A DNA stretch of 64,000 bases from Spirochaetaceae bacterium (GTDB taxonomy: Bacteria > Spirochaetota > Spirochaetia > B11-G9), in assembly GCA_015493635.1 (NCBI GenBank), contig WGCU01000079.1, positions 23,674 to 87,673 on the forward strand, written 5' to 3'. The position numbers were made by a program, and so were the translations under genes. Below the pieces are notes generated by a model, which was given only the letters and a program-made list of their open reading frames with translations, was not told the DNA's origin and did no database searches. Every line of letters begins with the position of its first letter. The stretch's first letter is position 1. Below, piece by piece: positions 45,058 through 56,203 of the stretch.

Positions 45058-46383
45058 TTATTTTATTTTTGCATCAACTACTTTGAGTGCTTCGTCAATT
45101 ATAGCAACAGCATCGTCTATCTGTTCCTTCGTGATAATAAGAGGAGGTGCAATAAATACAAAATCCCACTTGGCGAAAAGGGTTAACCCCAATTCTGCAA
45201 GACGTTTTGTAAAAACTCCGGCAACATTCTGGATGGAATTGTTAAATCCGGCGAGAGGTGCCCGGGTCTTTTTATCAGAGGTAAACTCAAGAGCTGCCCA
45301 TAATCCGATAGCTCTGACATCACCTACGCAGGCATGTTTTTCCTTAAGTTCCAGCAGCCTTTTCTTGAGATGTTCGCCGACTACTGCAGAGTTTTCTATA
45401 AGATTTTCACTTTTATACACTTCGATGTTCGCAATACCCGCTGTGCATGCAAGTGCATGACCGGCATAGGTTAATCCGCCTACAAAGGGATGATCATAAA
45501 AATAATCCCAGAGTTTTTTATTCCAGATCATTGCGCCGAGCTGTACGTATCCTGACGTAAGTCCTTTTGCTGTGGTAATAATATCAGGAATAACATCAAA
45601 ATGTTCTATAGCGAACCATTTTCCTGACCGTCCCCATCCAGCCATCGTCTCATCAATAACAAGCAGTATTCCATTTTCGTCACAAAGCTGTCTGACACCC
45701 TGCATATATTCCTTGTTCGGAATTATTATACCGTTTGTACCGACAACAGGTTCCATGAAAATTGCCGCTATCGTGTGAGGTCCGTCAAGCATGATCTGGG
45801 TTTTAAGAACCTCCAGTGCTTTTCTGTTTGTTTCTTCCTCGGTTTTTCCTCCAAAGGGATCGTGATAGGGGTATGGTCCGAAGAATTTAACAACTCCTGG
45901 TATCCCGGGTTCAGCTGCCCACCGCCGGGGATCACCGGTAAGCGTAATTGCTCCTGCGGTAGCCCCATGGTAGCTCCTCCACCGGGAATATATTTTATGC
46001 CTGCCGGTAAACATCCTTGCTGCCTTAATTGCATTTTCAATGGATTCAGCACCGCCATTGGTAAAGAAGGTGTAGTCAAGATCGCCGGGTGTAACTTCTG
46101 ATATCATTTTTGCCAATCTGGCTTTCGGTTCAGTTCCAAACATGGTTCCGACGTAGCACAGTTTGTCCATCTGGGTTTTCATTGCATCAAGCACATGTTT
46201 GTTACCGTGTCCTATATTTATATTCAGTAATCCGGAGCAGAAATCGATGTACTTTTTACCGTCTGTATCCCACTGGTAGATTCCCTGTGCGTGATCCATG
46301 ATAATTGGATTTACATCCCCCTGAGCATGCCAGCTGTAGACGACATGTGAACGATCCATCTCTACTATCTTTTTTGTATCCAT
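45058..46383 (-). CDS. Class III (omega) aminotransferase, beta-alanine/GABA:pyruvate or 2-oxoglutarate type
   Basis: 441 aa. Aminotran_3 pattern with PLP-lysine region ...DETMAGWGRSGK... Confidence 0.85.
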   Translation of the reverse strand: MDTKKIVEMDRSHVVYSWHAQGDVNPIIMDHAQGIYQWDTDGKKYIDFCSGLLNINIGHGNKHVLDAMKTQMDKLCYVGTMFGTEPKARLAKMISEVTPGDLDYTFFTNGGAESIENAIKAARMFTGRHKIYSRWRSYHGATAGAITLTGDPRRWAAEPGIPGVVKFFGPYPYHDPFGGKTEEETNRKALEVLKTQIMLDGPHTIAAIFMEPVVGTNGIIIPNKEYMQGVRQLCDENGILLVIDETMAGWGRSGKWFAIEHFDVIPDIITTAKGLTSGYVQLGAMIWNKKLWDYFYDHPFVGGLTYAGHALACTAGIANIEVYKSENLIENSAVVGEHLKKRLLELKEKHACVGDVRAIGLWAALEFTSDKKTRAPLAGFNNSIQNVAGVFTKRLAELGLTLFAKWDFVFIAPPLIITKEQIDDAVAIIDEALKVVDAKIK

Positions 46384-46415
46384 ATTGCCTCCACGAAAGC
46401 TAAAAGTATGACTGT

Positions 46416-46444
46416 ATTATAATGCAGTACTGCTATCAAATCAA
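46416..46444 (-). promoter_or_regulatory. sigma70 promoter of the aminotransferase-aldehyde dehydrogenase operon, with a palindromic operator in the spacer
   Basis: Minus strand TTGATT (46444..46439), 17 nt spacer, TATAAT (46421..46416). Spacer contains GCAGTACTGC. Confidence 0.55.
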
Positions 46445-46527
46445 ATTTATTCTGTTTAAATAGCATCTAATCCCTGTTTTAAAGCTGATATTTTGCTGTT
46501 TTTTTTTGCAAATAAAAGATAATAGTA

Positions 46528-49008
<2,481 letters not shown>

Positions 49009-49081
49009 TTTTAGTTTCGGACATGGTTATTTTCTTGATTTCTGGTGAATGAGGGATTACATTAATAGGCGGGGGTAGTCA

Positions 49082-49885
49082 ATGATAGTAACAATTTCAA
49101 GACAACCCGGATGTCAGGGAGAGGCTATTGCGAAAAAGCTTGCGGAAGAGAAGGGTTACGCGTATCTGGATAAAAAGATACTGAAAGAAAAGCTTGTTGA
49201 ACGCCAGATACCTGAGTTGCTTTTTGACAGATATGATGAGAAGAAGCCCGGATACTTAAGCAGGTTTTCTGAAAAAACAGAGCATTACTTCAATCATATG
49301 AAGATGGTTATTCTTAATTTTGCCAGTAAAGGGGACTGTGTTCTTGTCGGCCGCGGAACACAGATCCTTTTTGCCGGTATTCAGGGGGTTGTAAAGGTGC
49401 GGTTAACTGCTCCCCGGCAGGTACGGATAAACCGTCTTGCAACAGACCATGGTATATCTGATAAAGAGGCCGAAAAGATGGAACGGCGGATATACAATGA
49501 ACGGAAGGGATTTTACCGGACTTTTTTTAATGAAGATCCTGAATCCAGTGAAATGTATGATCTTGTTATAAATAACCGGTATCTTGATGCGGATGCTGTT
49601 GTCAGTATCATCAGCAGCCTGATAGATGTCAAAAACGGGATGGATTGTTCACTGAACGATCTGGTAATAAAACAGAAAGTTATTGATGAGATTCTCTATA
49701 AACGGAAAATACCGGTATACAATTTAAATGTTGAAGTGGTAAAAGGGGATGTTTTTCTCGGCGGTTCTGTCCATGTAAAAGAAAATATAATCTTGAGCAG
49801 GGACGCGGTTCTTGCTCTTCCCGGAGTTACCGGGGTACATACTGAGAAAATTGTTGTTCCGAGGATAAATACTTACGGTAAATAG
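49082..49885 (+). CDS. Cytidylate kinase-like family protein
   Basis: N-terminal P-loop-like IVTISRQPGCQGEAIAKKLAE and family-typical length. Function unknown. Confidence 0.6.
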   Translation: MIVTISRQPGCQGEAIAKKLAEEKGYAYLDKKILKEKLVERQIPELLFDRYDEKKPGYLSRFSEKTEHYFNHMKMVILNFASKGDCVLVGRGTQILFAGIQGVVKVRLTAPRQVRINRLATDHGISDKEAEKMERRIYNERKGFYRTFFNEDPESSEMYDLVINNRYLDADAVVSIISSLIDVKNGMDCSLNDLVIKQKVIDEILYKRKIPVYNLNVEVVKGDVFLGGSVHVKENIILSRDAVLALPGVTGVHTEKIVVPRINTYGK

Positions 49886-49920
49886 CGGGGAAAACCAGGG
49901 ATGAAACAAAAGTGAAAAAC

Positions 49921-49961
49921 CGCAGCACCGGGTATTTCCCCGATGCTGGTCTGGTTTTTTT
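49921..49961. terminator. Bidirectional rho-independent terminator
   Basis: CAGCACCGGG-tatttc-CCCGATGCTG stem followed by GTCTGGTTTTTTT. Confidence 0.65.
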
Positions 49962-49968
49962 CTGTCAA

Positions 49969-50823
49969 TTATTCACTTTTTTTCCCGGTGAACAGAGTTG
50001 TTACGGCAATTATTGATGATACCAGAATGAGAATAAAAGCTATAGCGTTTATGACTGGTGTCGATCCGTCGCGTACCTGTGTAAAAAGTTTTATCGGCAG
50101 GGTAGCATTTGATCCTACCAAAAACAGTGTTGTATTAAAGTTCTGGAAAGACATGAGAAAAGCAATAGCCGCTCCGCCTGCAATTGAGGGCCTCAAGTAC
50201 TTGAGGGTAATGAACCAGATAACTTGAAACTTGTTTGCTCCAAGGTTATATGCTGCATCCTCCAGTGTGCGGTCAAATTTTTTAAGCCGTGCTGAAACAG
50301 TCATGGTTACAACAGTTGTGATAAACGAAAACTGGCCGAAGACAACAAGCCAATAACCAGGTCCGAGAAACTGCAGGTCGATGCCCAAAACATTTTGAAA
50401 AAAAGTTCCAACAGCGTTAGCAAAAAGCAGGATGGAAATACCAAGTATAACTCCTGGGATGACAAGGGGTGCCAGCATAAGAAAGTAGAGGGTTCCTTTA
50501 AATTTAAAATCTTCATGTTCGAACAGAAAGGAGGCCATGGTTCCTACTATGGTTGATAAAATTGTTACGGTAATGGCAACATGTATGGAAGAGTATATAC
50601 TCCTTAAATTTGCCGCATCATGGAAAATACCTATCTTATCAGGCCCTTTGCCAAAAAACCATTTCCAGGTAAAGCCCTGCCACGGCAGGGAAGGATACAT
50701 CGAGTTGTTAAATGCAAGAACCATGGTAACGATTATGGGAGAAAAAAGGAAAATAAAAAAAAGCACTATAAATAATTTGTACGCAGCCTTGTAGCTGGTT
50801 GAATTTGGTAATGTTCTAATCAT
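49969..50823 (-). CDS. ABC transporter permease (PotC-like)
   Basis: 6 TM, EAA-loop region. ATGA overlap with the upstream permease. Confidence 0.8.
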   Translation of the reverse strand: MIRTLPNSTSYKAAYKLFIVLFFIFLFSPIIVTMVLAFNNSMYPSLPWQGFTWKWFFGKGPDKIGIFHDAANLRSIYSSIHVAITVTILSTIVGTMASFLFEHEDFKFKGTLYFLMLAPLVIPGVILGISILLFANAVGTFFQNVLGIDLQFLGPGYWLVVFGQFSFITTVVTMTVSARLKKFDRTLEDAAYNLGANKFQVIWFITLKYLRPSIAGGAAIAFLMSFQNFNTTLFLVGSNATLPIKLFTQVRDGSTPVINAIAFILILVSSIIAVTTLFTGKKSE

Positions 50824-51689
50824 TTAATCACCTTCCTGAAATCCTGCCTTGTAATCTTTAAGGCTACAAAAATAATGAGCGATGACAAGAGGAGAAGTAG
50901 AAAACCAAAAGCAGCACCCTGGTTCCAGTTAAAATAGATAATCATGGAATTATATATCTGCTCGGTAAACCAAAGGGCATTCTTGCCGCCCATCAGTTTA
51001 GGAGTAAGATATGACCCCAGTACAAGCATAAAAACAAGAATACTTCCTGACATGATTCCAGGAGTAACGTAGGGGATAATTATTTTTTTCCAAATTGTAA
51101 TTTTTTTTGCTCCAAGATCGTATGCTGCCTCTATAAGGGAATCATCAAGACTCTGCATGACGCCAATAAGGGGTACAATCATGAAAAGCATCGATATGTA
51201 CACGAGTCCCATCAGCATGGTTACATTGTTATAGAGCAGCTCATGAGGCTGTTTGAATATTCCCAGACTTAATAAAAACTTGTTCAGTATTCCACTTTCC
51301 CGTAAAAGAATCATCCATCCGTAAACCTGAATTAATTCACTTATCCAGAAAGGTATAAGTACCACAACGGTAAGGAATCCTTGGGTTTGTATCTTTGCGA
51401 TTTTAGTGATGTAAAAGGTAAGGGGGAGGGAGATCGCAAGGACAAGAAGGGTAACGGTAATGGAATATAAAGCGGTACGCACAAAGGTAAGCCAGTAGAT
51501 AGGCTCTGTGAAGAATGCGGCATAGTTTGCAAAGGTAAAATTGGCTTTCCCCGGGAGACCGGTTCCGAAGAATGACATTTTCAAAAGTTCAAGCTGTGGA
51601 AAAACAATAAGGAGAAAAAGCCAGAGCAGTACCGGAGTAATAAAGATTATCAAACTCCATCGTATTTTATGTGTTTTAGAATTCTTCAT
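50820..51689 (-). CDS. ABC transporter permease (PotB-like)
   Basis: 6 TM BPD_transp_1. Start ATG 51689 (MKNSKTHK). Confidence 0.8.
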   Translation of the reverse strand: MKNSKTHKIRWSLIIFITPVLLWLFLLIVFPQLELLKMSFFGTGLPGKANFTFANYAAFFTEPIYWLTFVRTALYSITVTLLVLAISLPLTFYITKIAKIQTQGFLTVVVLIPFWISELIQVYGWMILLRESGILNKFLLSLGIFKQPHELLYNNVTMLMGLVYISMLFMIVPLIGVMQSLDDSLIEAAYDLGAKKITIWKKIIIPYVTPGIMSGSILVFMLVLGSYLTPKLMGGKNALWFTEQIYNSMIIYFNWNQGAAFGFLLLLLSSLIIFVALKITRQDFRKVIK

Positions 51690-52785
51690 ATATCTTCTCT
51701 TCTGATCTTTTAAAGCAGACTGCAGATTTCGGATGCCATCCAACCCGTATCTTATCTTTTGCTTTTATGTAGTCAAATTGATGATTCTGGGGAAGTGCTA
51801 CTATAAGTTCCATATCCGAGTTTTCCGGTACAACAAGTAATCTACTGTTACCGCCGTCAAAAAGAAGGGCTTTCACATCGGCTTTCAGTACATTGATCGT
51901 TTTATCATCAATATCCGGATTTATAATCATTGCTTCAGGACGTACATACATTTCAAACGTAGTATCGCTTTCGATATCAAAAGGTTCGGCAAGAAGAAAT
52001 TTTCCTCCCTCGGGGGTTGTAGCGTAAAAATTGCCGCTTTCATCCTTCTGCAGGCCAACGATAAACTTATTGTTATTACCGACAAACTGAGCTACAAAAG
52101 ATGAAGCGGGGCTATTGTACAGATTCTGGGGGGTATCAAGCTGTTCAAAATGTCCTGAATTCATAACAGCTACATGATCGCTCATGACCATTGCTTCAGA
52201 CTGATCATGGGTAATATAAACAAAGGTTGTTCCCACCTGAGCCTGGAGTTTTTTGAGTTCAACTTTCATGTGTTCACGGAGTTTTGCGTCAAGAGCTCCC
52301 AGCGGTTCGTCAAGGAGCAGTACTGTCGGTTTTAGAACAAGAGCCCGGGCAATAGCTACCCGCTGTTTCTGTCCTCCTGAAAGCTGATTGATCTCTTTTT
52401 TCTCGTATCCCGGGAGACCGACACGTTCGAGCATTTCGCTAACCTTACTGGTTACTACCTGTCCTTTTTCATTTCTGCGTCTCAGTCCGAAAGCAATATT
52501 TTCAAAAACGTTCATCATGGGGAAAAGTGCAAGGTTTTGAAATACAAGGTTTACCGGCCGTTTGTTCGGTTCAACTTCAATAACATTTTTACCCCTTAGT
52601 TCGATTATACCGCTGGTAGGTTTATGAAATCCGGCAATCATCCTGAGGAGCGTTGTTTTCCCACAGCCTGAAGGGCCGAGAATGGAAAAAAACTTGCCGT
52701 CCTCTACATCAAAGCTTATATTGTTTACTGCGGTGAAATCTCCGAACTTTTTGGTTAAATTTTTAACAGATAACGCAATCTGCAT
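51676..52785 (-). CDS. ABC transporter ATP-binding protein (PotA-like, with C-terminal TOBE domain)
   Basis: Walker A GPSGCGKTT, signature LSGGQKQRV, Walker B LLLDEP. Confidence 0.9.
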   Translation of the reverse strand: MQIALSVKNLTKKFGDFTAVNNISFDVEDGKFFSILGPSGCGKTTLLRMIAGFHKPTSGIIELRGKNVIEVEPNKRPVNLVFQNLALFPMMNVFENIAFGLRRRNEKGQVVTSKVSEMLERVGLPGYEKKEINQLSGGQKQRVAIARALVLKPTVLLLDEPLGALDAKLREHMKVELKKLQAQVGTTFVYITHDQSEAMVMSDHVAVMNSGHFEQLDTPQNLYNSPASSFVAQFVGNNNKFIVGLQKDESGNFYATTPEGGKFLLAEPFDIESDTTFEMYVRPEAMIINPDIDDKTINVLKADVKALLFDGGNSRLLVVPENSDMELIVALPQNHQFDYIKAKDKIRVGWHPKSAVCFKRSEEKIYEEF

Positions 52786-52858
52786 GTATATACCATCCTC
52801 ATTTGTATTTTATGTAAAAAAGAGCAGGCAGTGAGAACTGCCTGCTTTAAAAAGAAAA

Positions 52859-53970
52859 CTATTTTGCTGCTTGAATCTTGTCGAGTACTTTTCCTTCCAT
52901 TTCTTCAAGTCCAGGAGGAACGGTTGGATACCAGTGAATTTTTGCAAGAACTGCCGGCGGTAAACCGCGTTTGAAGTTAGCTGAAATCTCAGGATCGAAA
53001 TACTTAACTGCGTCTTTTGATGCTGTTCCGTATTTTTCTTTGTTGGTAAAAACAGCTGCATTCTCAGGTCTCAGCATGAAGTTGATCCATTTGTAGGCAC
53101 CTGAAACGTTTTCTGACTTTGCAGGAATAGCGAACGTGTCTACCCATGCAAGAGCGCCGCTGGTTGGTGCTATGTAGTCGATGTTTGGATTTTCAGCATG
53201 GAGTTTCCATCCTGCCTGTTCCCATGCCATAGCTGCCCAGACTTCTCCGGACCGGAGGGACTGCAGAAGCTGGTCGCCGTTGTCCCAGTAATTTCTTACA
53301 ACAGGTTTTGCTGCAATAAGTTTTGCTGCAATATCATTGAGGAATTTCTGATATCCTGCTTTGTCACTGTACAGAGCAAAGGGATCGTAACCGAAGGAAA
53401 AGCCCATACCAATAAGGGTAGGTCTTTTTAACCGGTATGAAACATGTCCGGTATACTTGGGGTTGAGAAGATCTTTATAATCTTTTACATCGGGAGCTTT
53501 TGCTTTGTTAACAACGAGTCCGGATGTACCGTATACGTCAGGTACCGCGTAGGATTTACCGTTAACAAGGGTGTTTTTCTTTACTGCTGCGAGTAAAGAA
53601 GGATCAAGTTGTGCGGTGTCTACTTTTGAATAGTCAATAGGCTGATAGATGTTATACTGTGCCTGAACAGCTGAAATTCTATCCTGTGAAGGCTGGGCAA
53701 GGTCAAAACCTCCGCCGCGTGTAGCTCTGAGCTTTGAGATCATCTCTTCGTTGTTACTTAAGGTAACTTCTACGGTGATTCCTGTCTCTTCTTTAAACTT
53801 TTTAATCATTGAATCAGGAGCGTATCCCGACCAGGTGATTAACCGTAGTACTTTGTTTTCAGTTTGTGCCGGTTGAGCTTTAGCTTCTGGTGCTTTCTTT
53901 TTACAACCTACAAATGTGAGGCTGACTATTAATACCAATAGTATTAATAAAAGTACAATGCCTTTCTTCA
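52859..53970 (-). CDS. Periplasmic spermidine/putrescine-type solute-binding lipoprotein (PotD/PotF family)
   Basis: Lipobox LTFVGC after the signal peptide. GGAGGA RBS before ATG 53970. SBP_bac_1/PotD-like pattern. Confidence 0.8.
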
Positions 53971-54100
53971 TGTTTTCGTCCTCCGTATATGAATTTAAAT
54001 ATATAATAACATATAATAGAGTAAAAAGCACCAAAAAAAAAGTAGAAAACGTTAAAAAAAAATAAAATAATTAAAAATAGATCACTGAATGGAATATTTA

Positions 54101-54129
54101 TTGACAACTATATAGAGAAGTTTCATAAT
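54101..54129 (+). promoter_or_regulatory. sigma70 promoter for the C26 / Fe-ADH / AOR operon
   Basis: TTGACA (54101-54106), 17 nt spacer, CATAAT (54124-54129). Confidence 0.55.
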
Positions 54130-54162
54130 ACGTCATTCTTATTTAAAAGAAAGGAGAGAGAA

Positions 54163-55002
54163 GTGAAGTTTCTAATTATTGACGGTTATTCACAGGCCAG
54201 CAGAGACAAGCTCGAAGAAGCCGGAATGAGTTTTGCATGGAAGCTCTATAAAGATATGCTGTTGAAGTATGTCCCTGATGCCGAGTACAGGATTTTTTTT
54301 CCCACTGATTCAAAGGTAGAAGATTTCCCGGGAAAGGAAGAGCTGTCCGGGTACTCGGGGATAATATGGACAGGATCCGACCTTGATATAAAGGAGACCC
54401 ATATTCCGACAAATGCGGCGCAGATTGACATTGCCAAGCTCGCATATGAAATAGGGGTTCCCTCATGGGGGAGCTGTTTCGGGATACAGATGGCTGCTGT
54501 AGCTGCGGGTGGAACGGTTATAAAAAATGTCAAGGGACGGGAAATGGGGATTGGTAGAAAAATCTCAAAAACAGAAGCCGGAAAGACACACCCTATGCTC
54601 GAAGGAAAGTCTGACCTTTACTACGGGTTTGAAAGTCATTACGATATTGTTGACAAGGTACCTGAGGGTGGTGTCGTGCTTGCTACAAATCCTTTTTCCG
54701 GAATACAGGCGTTGGCAGTAACCCATAAAAAAGGAGTTTTCTGGGCATCCCAGTATCATCCCGAGTATAATCTCCATGAGATAGCACGCTTAACGGTAGC
54801 TCGTGAAAAGCTTCTTACAGAGCAGGGATTTTTCAAGGACCATGAAGCCATGCAGTCCTACGTGGACAAGATGGAGGAACTGTATCTGAATCCTGAACGG
54901 ACAGATCTTGCATGGCAGCTTGGCATTGATGAAGATATCATTGATGAAGATATTCGTCAGACAGATTTTAGGAACTGGATAAAGTTTGTAAAATCGTTAT
55001 AA
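54163..55002 (+). CDS. Class I glutamine amidotransferase-like / peptidase C26 (gamma-glutamyl-amine hydrolase, PuuD-like)
   Basis: Nucleophile elbow GSCFGIQM and YHPEY His motif. Confidence 0.7.
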   Translation: MKFLIIDGYSQASRDKLEEAGMSFAWKLYKDMLLKYVPDAEYRIFFPTDSKVEDFPGKEELSGYSGIIWTGSDLDIKETHIPTNAAQIDIAKLAYEIGVPSWGSCFGIQMAAVAAGGTVIKNVKGREMGIGRKISKTEAGKTHPMLEGKSDLYYGFESHYDIVDKVPEGGVVLATNPFSGIQALAVTHKKGVFWASQYHPEYNLHEIARLTVAREKLLTEQGFFKDHEAMQSYVDKMEELYLNPERTDLAWQLGIDEDIIDEDIRQTDFRNWIKFVKSL

Positions 55003-55021
55003 AAATTATGGAGGCAGTTGC

Positions 55022-56203
55022 ATGGAAATTAAAGGTATCAGCAGATTTTCATTTCCCACAAACATAGTATTCGGCCCGGGCGCTATTAAAGAACTTCCGG
55101 GAATTTTTAAAGAATTACATGTTGAAAGGCCTTTTGTTGTAACCGATCCCGGATTTGCCGGGACAGATTCTTTCAAGAGTATTCTGGCAGTTTTAGACGG
55201 AGAAGGTATCAAGTATTCAATCTATACTGATGTGAATCCAAACCCTCATGATACGGATGTGGAAAAAGGCGCCAAAGAGTATGAAAAAGACGGATGTAAC
55301 GGTATCGTAGCTGTCGGCGGGGGAAGCCCGATGGATGCCGCAAAAGCAATTGCCGTTCTTGCCGGTCAGGGCGGTGTTGTAGCGGATTATGACGCTCAGA
55401 AAAGTGACGGGAAAGCCATAACCGGTCCTCTCCCTCCCATTGTAACTGTTCCGACAACATCAGGAACAGGAAGTGAAGTGGGAAAATGCTCGGTTATTAC
55501 CTCCACGGAACTTGGAAGAAAGATATTTATGTGCAGCCCCCACATGCTTGCAAAACAGGCTGTTTTGGATCCTGAACTGGTTGTTACTCTTCCTGCCCAC
55601 CTTACCGCGTTTACCGGCATGGATGCCATTACCCATAATATTGAGTCGTTAACAGCACCTATCTTCCATCCTATGTGTGATGCCATTGCGGTAAAGGGAA
55701 TTGAAATCGGGGTTGAGTATCTGGAAAAAGCGGTTAATAATCCAACTGACATTCAGGCAAGGGGCTACATGATGATATGTGCCATGATGGGCGCGGTAGC
55801 TTTTCAGAAAGATTTGGGTACGGCTCATTCCATGTCCCACGCGCTTTCCGCTGTCTGCGGTCTTCAGCATGGTCTTGCCAATGCAATCTGCCTTCCCGTG
55901 GTTATGAACTACAACAAGGAAGTGTCAAAAAAAGAATATGCTCTTGTGGCACGGGCCTTCGGTGTGGATATATTCGGAATGGATGAGCTGAAAGCAGCGG
56001 AACGGGCTATCAAGGAGATTTCGGCTCTGAACAAAAGGATCGGGATTCCCGGAGCATTGAAAGATGTAGGAGTAAAAAAGGAACAGCTCGCGGAAGTAGC
56101 TGATAAAGCATTTCTTGATCCTTGTCATCTGACAAACTCAAGAAGCAGTACCCGTGATGATCTGTACAATCTGCTTCTGGAAGCGTATGAAGGGGAATTC
56201 TAA
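55022..56203 (+). CDS. Iron-containing alcohol dehydrogenase
   Basis: GGGSPMDAAK motif and the His triad region (…HSMSHAL…). Confidence 0.9.
   Translation: MEIKGISRFSFPTNIVFGPGAIKELPGIFKELHVERPFVVTDPGFAGTDSFKSILAVLDGEGIKYSIYTDVNPNPHDTDVEKGAKEYEKDGCNGIVAVGGGSPMDAAKAIAVLAGQGGVVADYDAQKSDGKAITGPLPPIVTVPTTSGTGSEVGKCSVITSTELGRKIFMCSPHMLAKQAVLDPELVVTLPAHLTAFTGMDAITHNIESLTAPIFHPMCDAIAVKGIEIGVEYLEKAVNNPTDIQARGYMMICAMMGAVAFQKDLGTAHSMSHALSAVCGLQHGLANAICLPVVMNYNKEVSKKEYALVARAFGVDIFGMDELKAAERAIKEISALNKRIGIPGALKDVGVKKEQLAEVADKAFLDPCHLTNSRSSTRDDLYNLLLEAYEGEF

Noticed and set aside
46384-46527. Search for a sigma54 (-24/-12) promoter ahead of the aminotransferase-dehydrogenase operon next to the sigma54 activator
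   Set aside because: No GG-N10-GC element was found on inspection. A canonical sigma70 promoter (TTGATT-17-TATAAT) is present instead.
55916-55932. sigma54-like sequence TGGCACGggccTTCGG
   Set aside because: It lies inside the Fe-ADH coding region, the -12 element is TTCG not TTGC, and no gene start follows at a suitable distance.
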